32,000 bases of DNA from Paenibacillus phage Dash. Shown piece by piece: positions 31,959-32,000 of this stretch (the stretch's first letter is position 1; every line of letters starts with the position of its first letter). Both the position numbers and the translations under genes were made by a program. A model generated the notes under the pieces. That model made no database searches. It was given only the letters and a program-made list of their open reading frames with translations, and had not been told where the DNA came from. The stretch lies in sequence record OP503990.1. The stretch is one strand, 5' to 3'.

Positions 31959-32000
31959 ACCGAACCCGTGGGTATGGACAGAAAAAGCTGAGTCCAAGAT

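Noticed and set aside
1-32000. tRNA or rRNA genes
   Set aside because: No cloverleaf-like or rRNA-like segment was recognised by eye; a tRNAscan-SE run would be needed to exclude them formally.

Overview
Window from a temperate siphophage or prophage of a low-to-moderate GC Firmicute. The gene content and the MTX/pierisin-type toxin point to Paenibacillus, probably P. larvae (inference). It reads left to right: P27-type small and large terminase, HK97-type portal/protease/capsid, connectors, tail tube, tail assembly chaperones (with a -1 frameshift candidate the ORF track splits), tape measure, distal tail and fibre proteins, XkdX, a BhlA-like holin, amidase, a Mom-like DNA-modification protein and a second holin. 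A cargo block of about 12 kb follows: an AAA ATPase + S8 protease pair matching the known IetAS anti-phage system, an XRE-ImmA/IrrE metallopeptidase protein, a Panacea/SocA-domain protein, a secreted ADP-ribosyltransferase-ricin-B toxin (Plx1-like), several tiny membrane peptides including a Hol_Tox type I toxin, and a DUF3862-like lipoprotein. Then come putative attP arm sites, a tyrosine integrase, an S24 repressor, an operator region and early genes. The integrase follows the lysis/cargo end with no host DNA between, so this is either a circular/packaged phage arrangement or a rearranged prophage. The most novel-looking signals are: (i) a set of nested direct repeats delimiting the cargo genes, including four pairs of GGTTGCAAA-like sites all spaced exactly 31 bp; (ii) two related putative small transcription units (hairpin + terminator) flanking the toxin; (iii) a QxE rather than ExE active-site motif in the toxin; (iv) competing long-range pairings in the type I toxin mRNA; (v) a heptamer repeat around the IetAS promoter that could be read by the HTH at the C-terminus of IetA.
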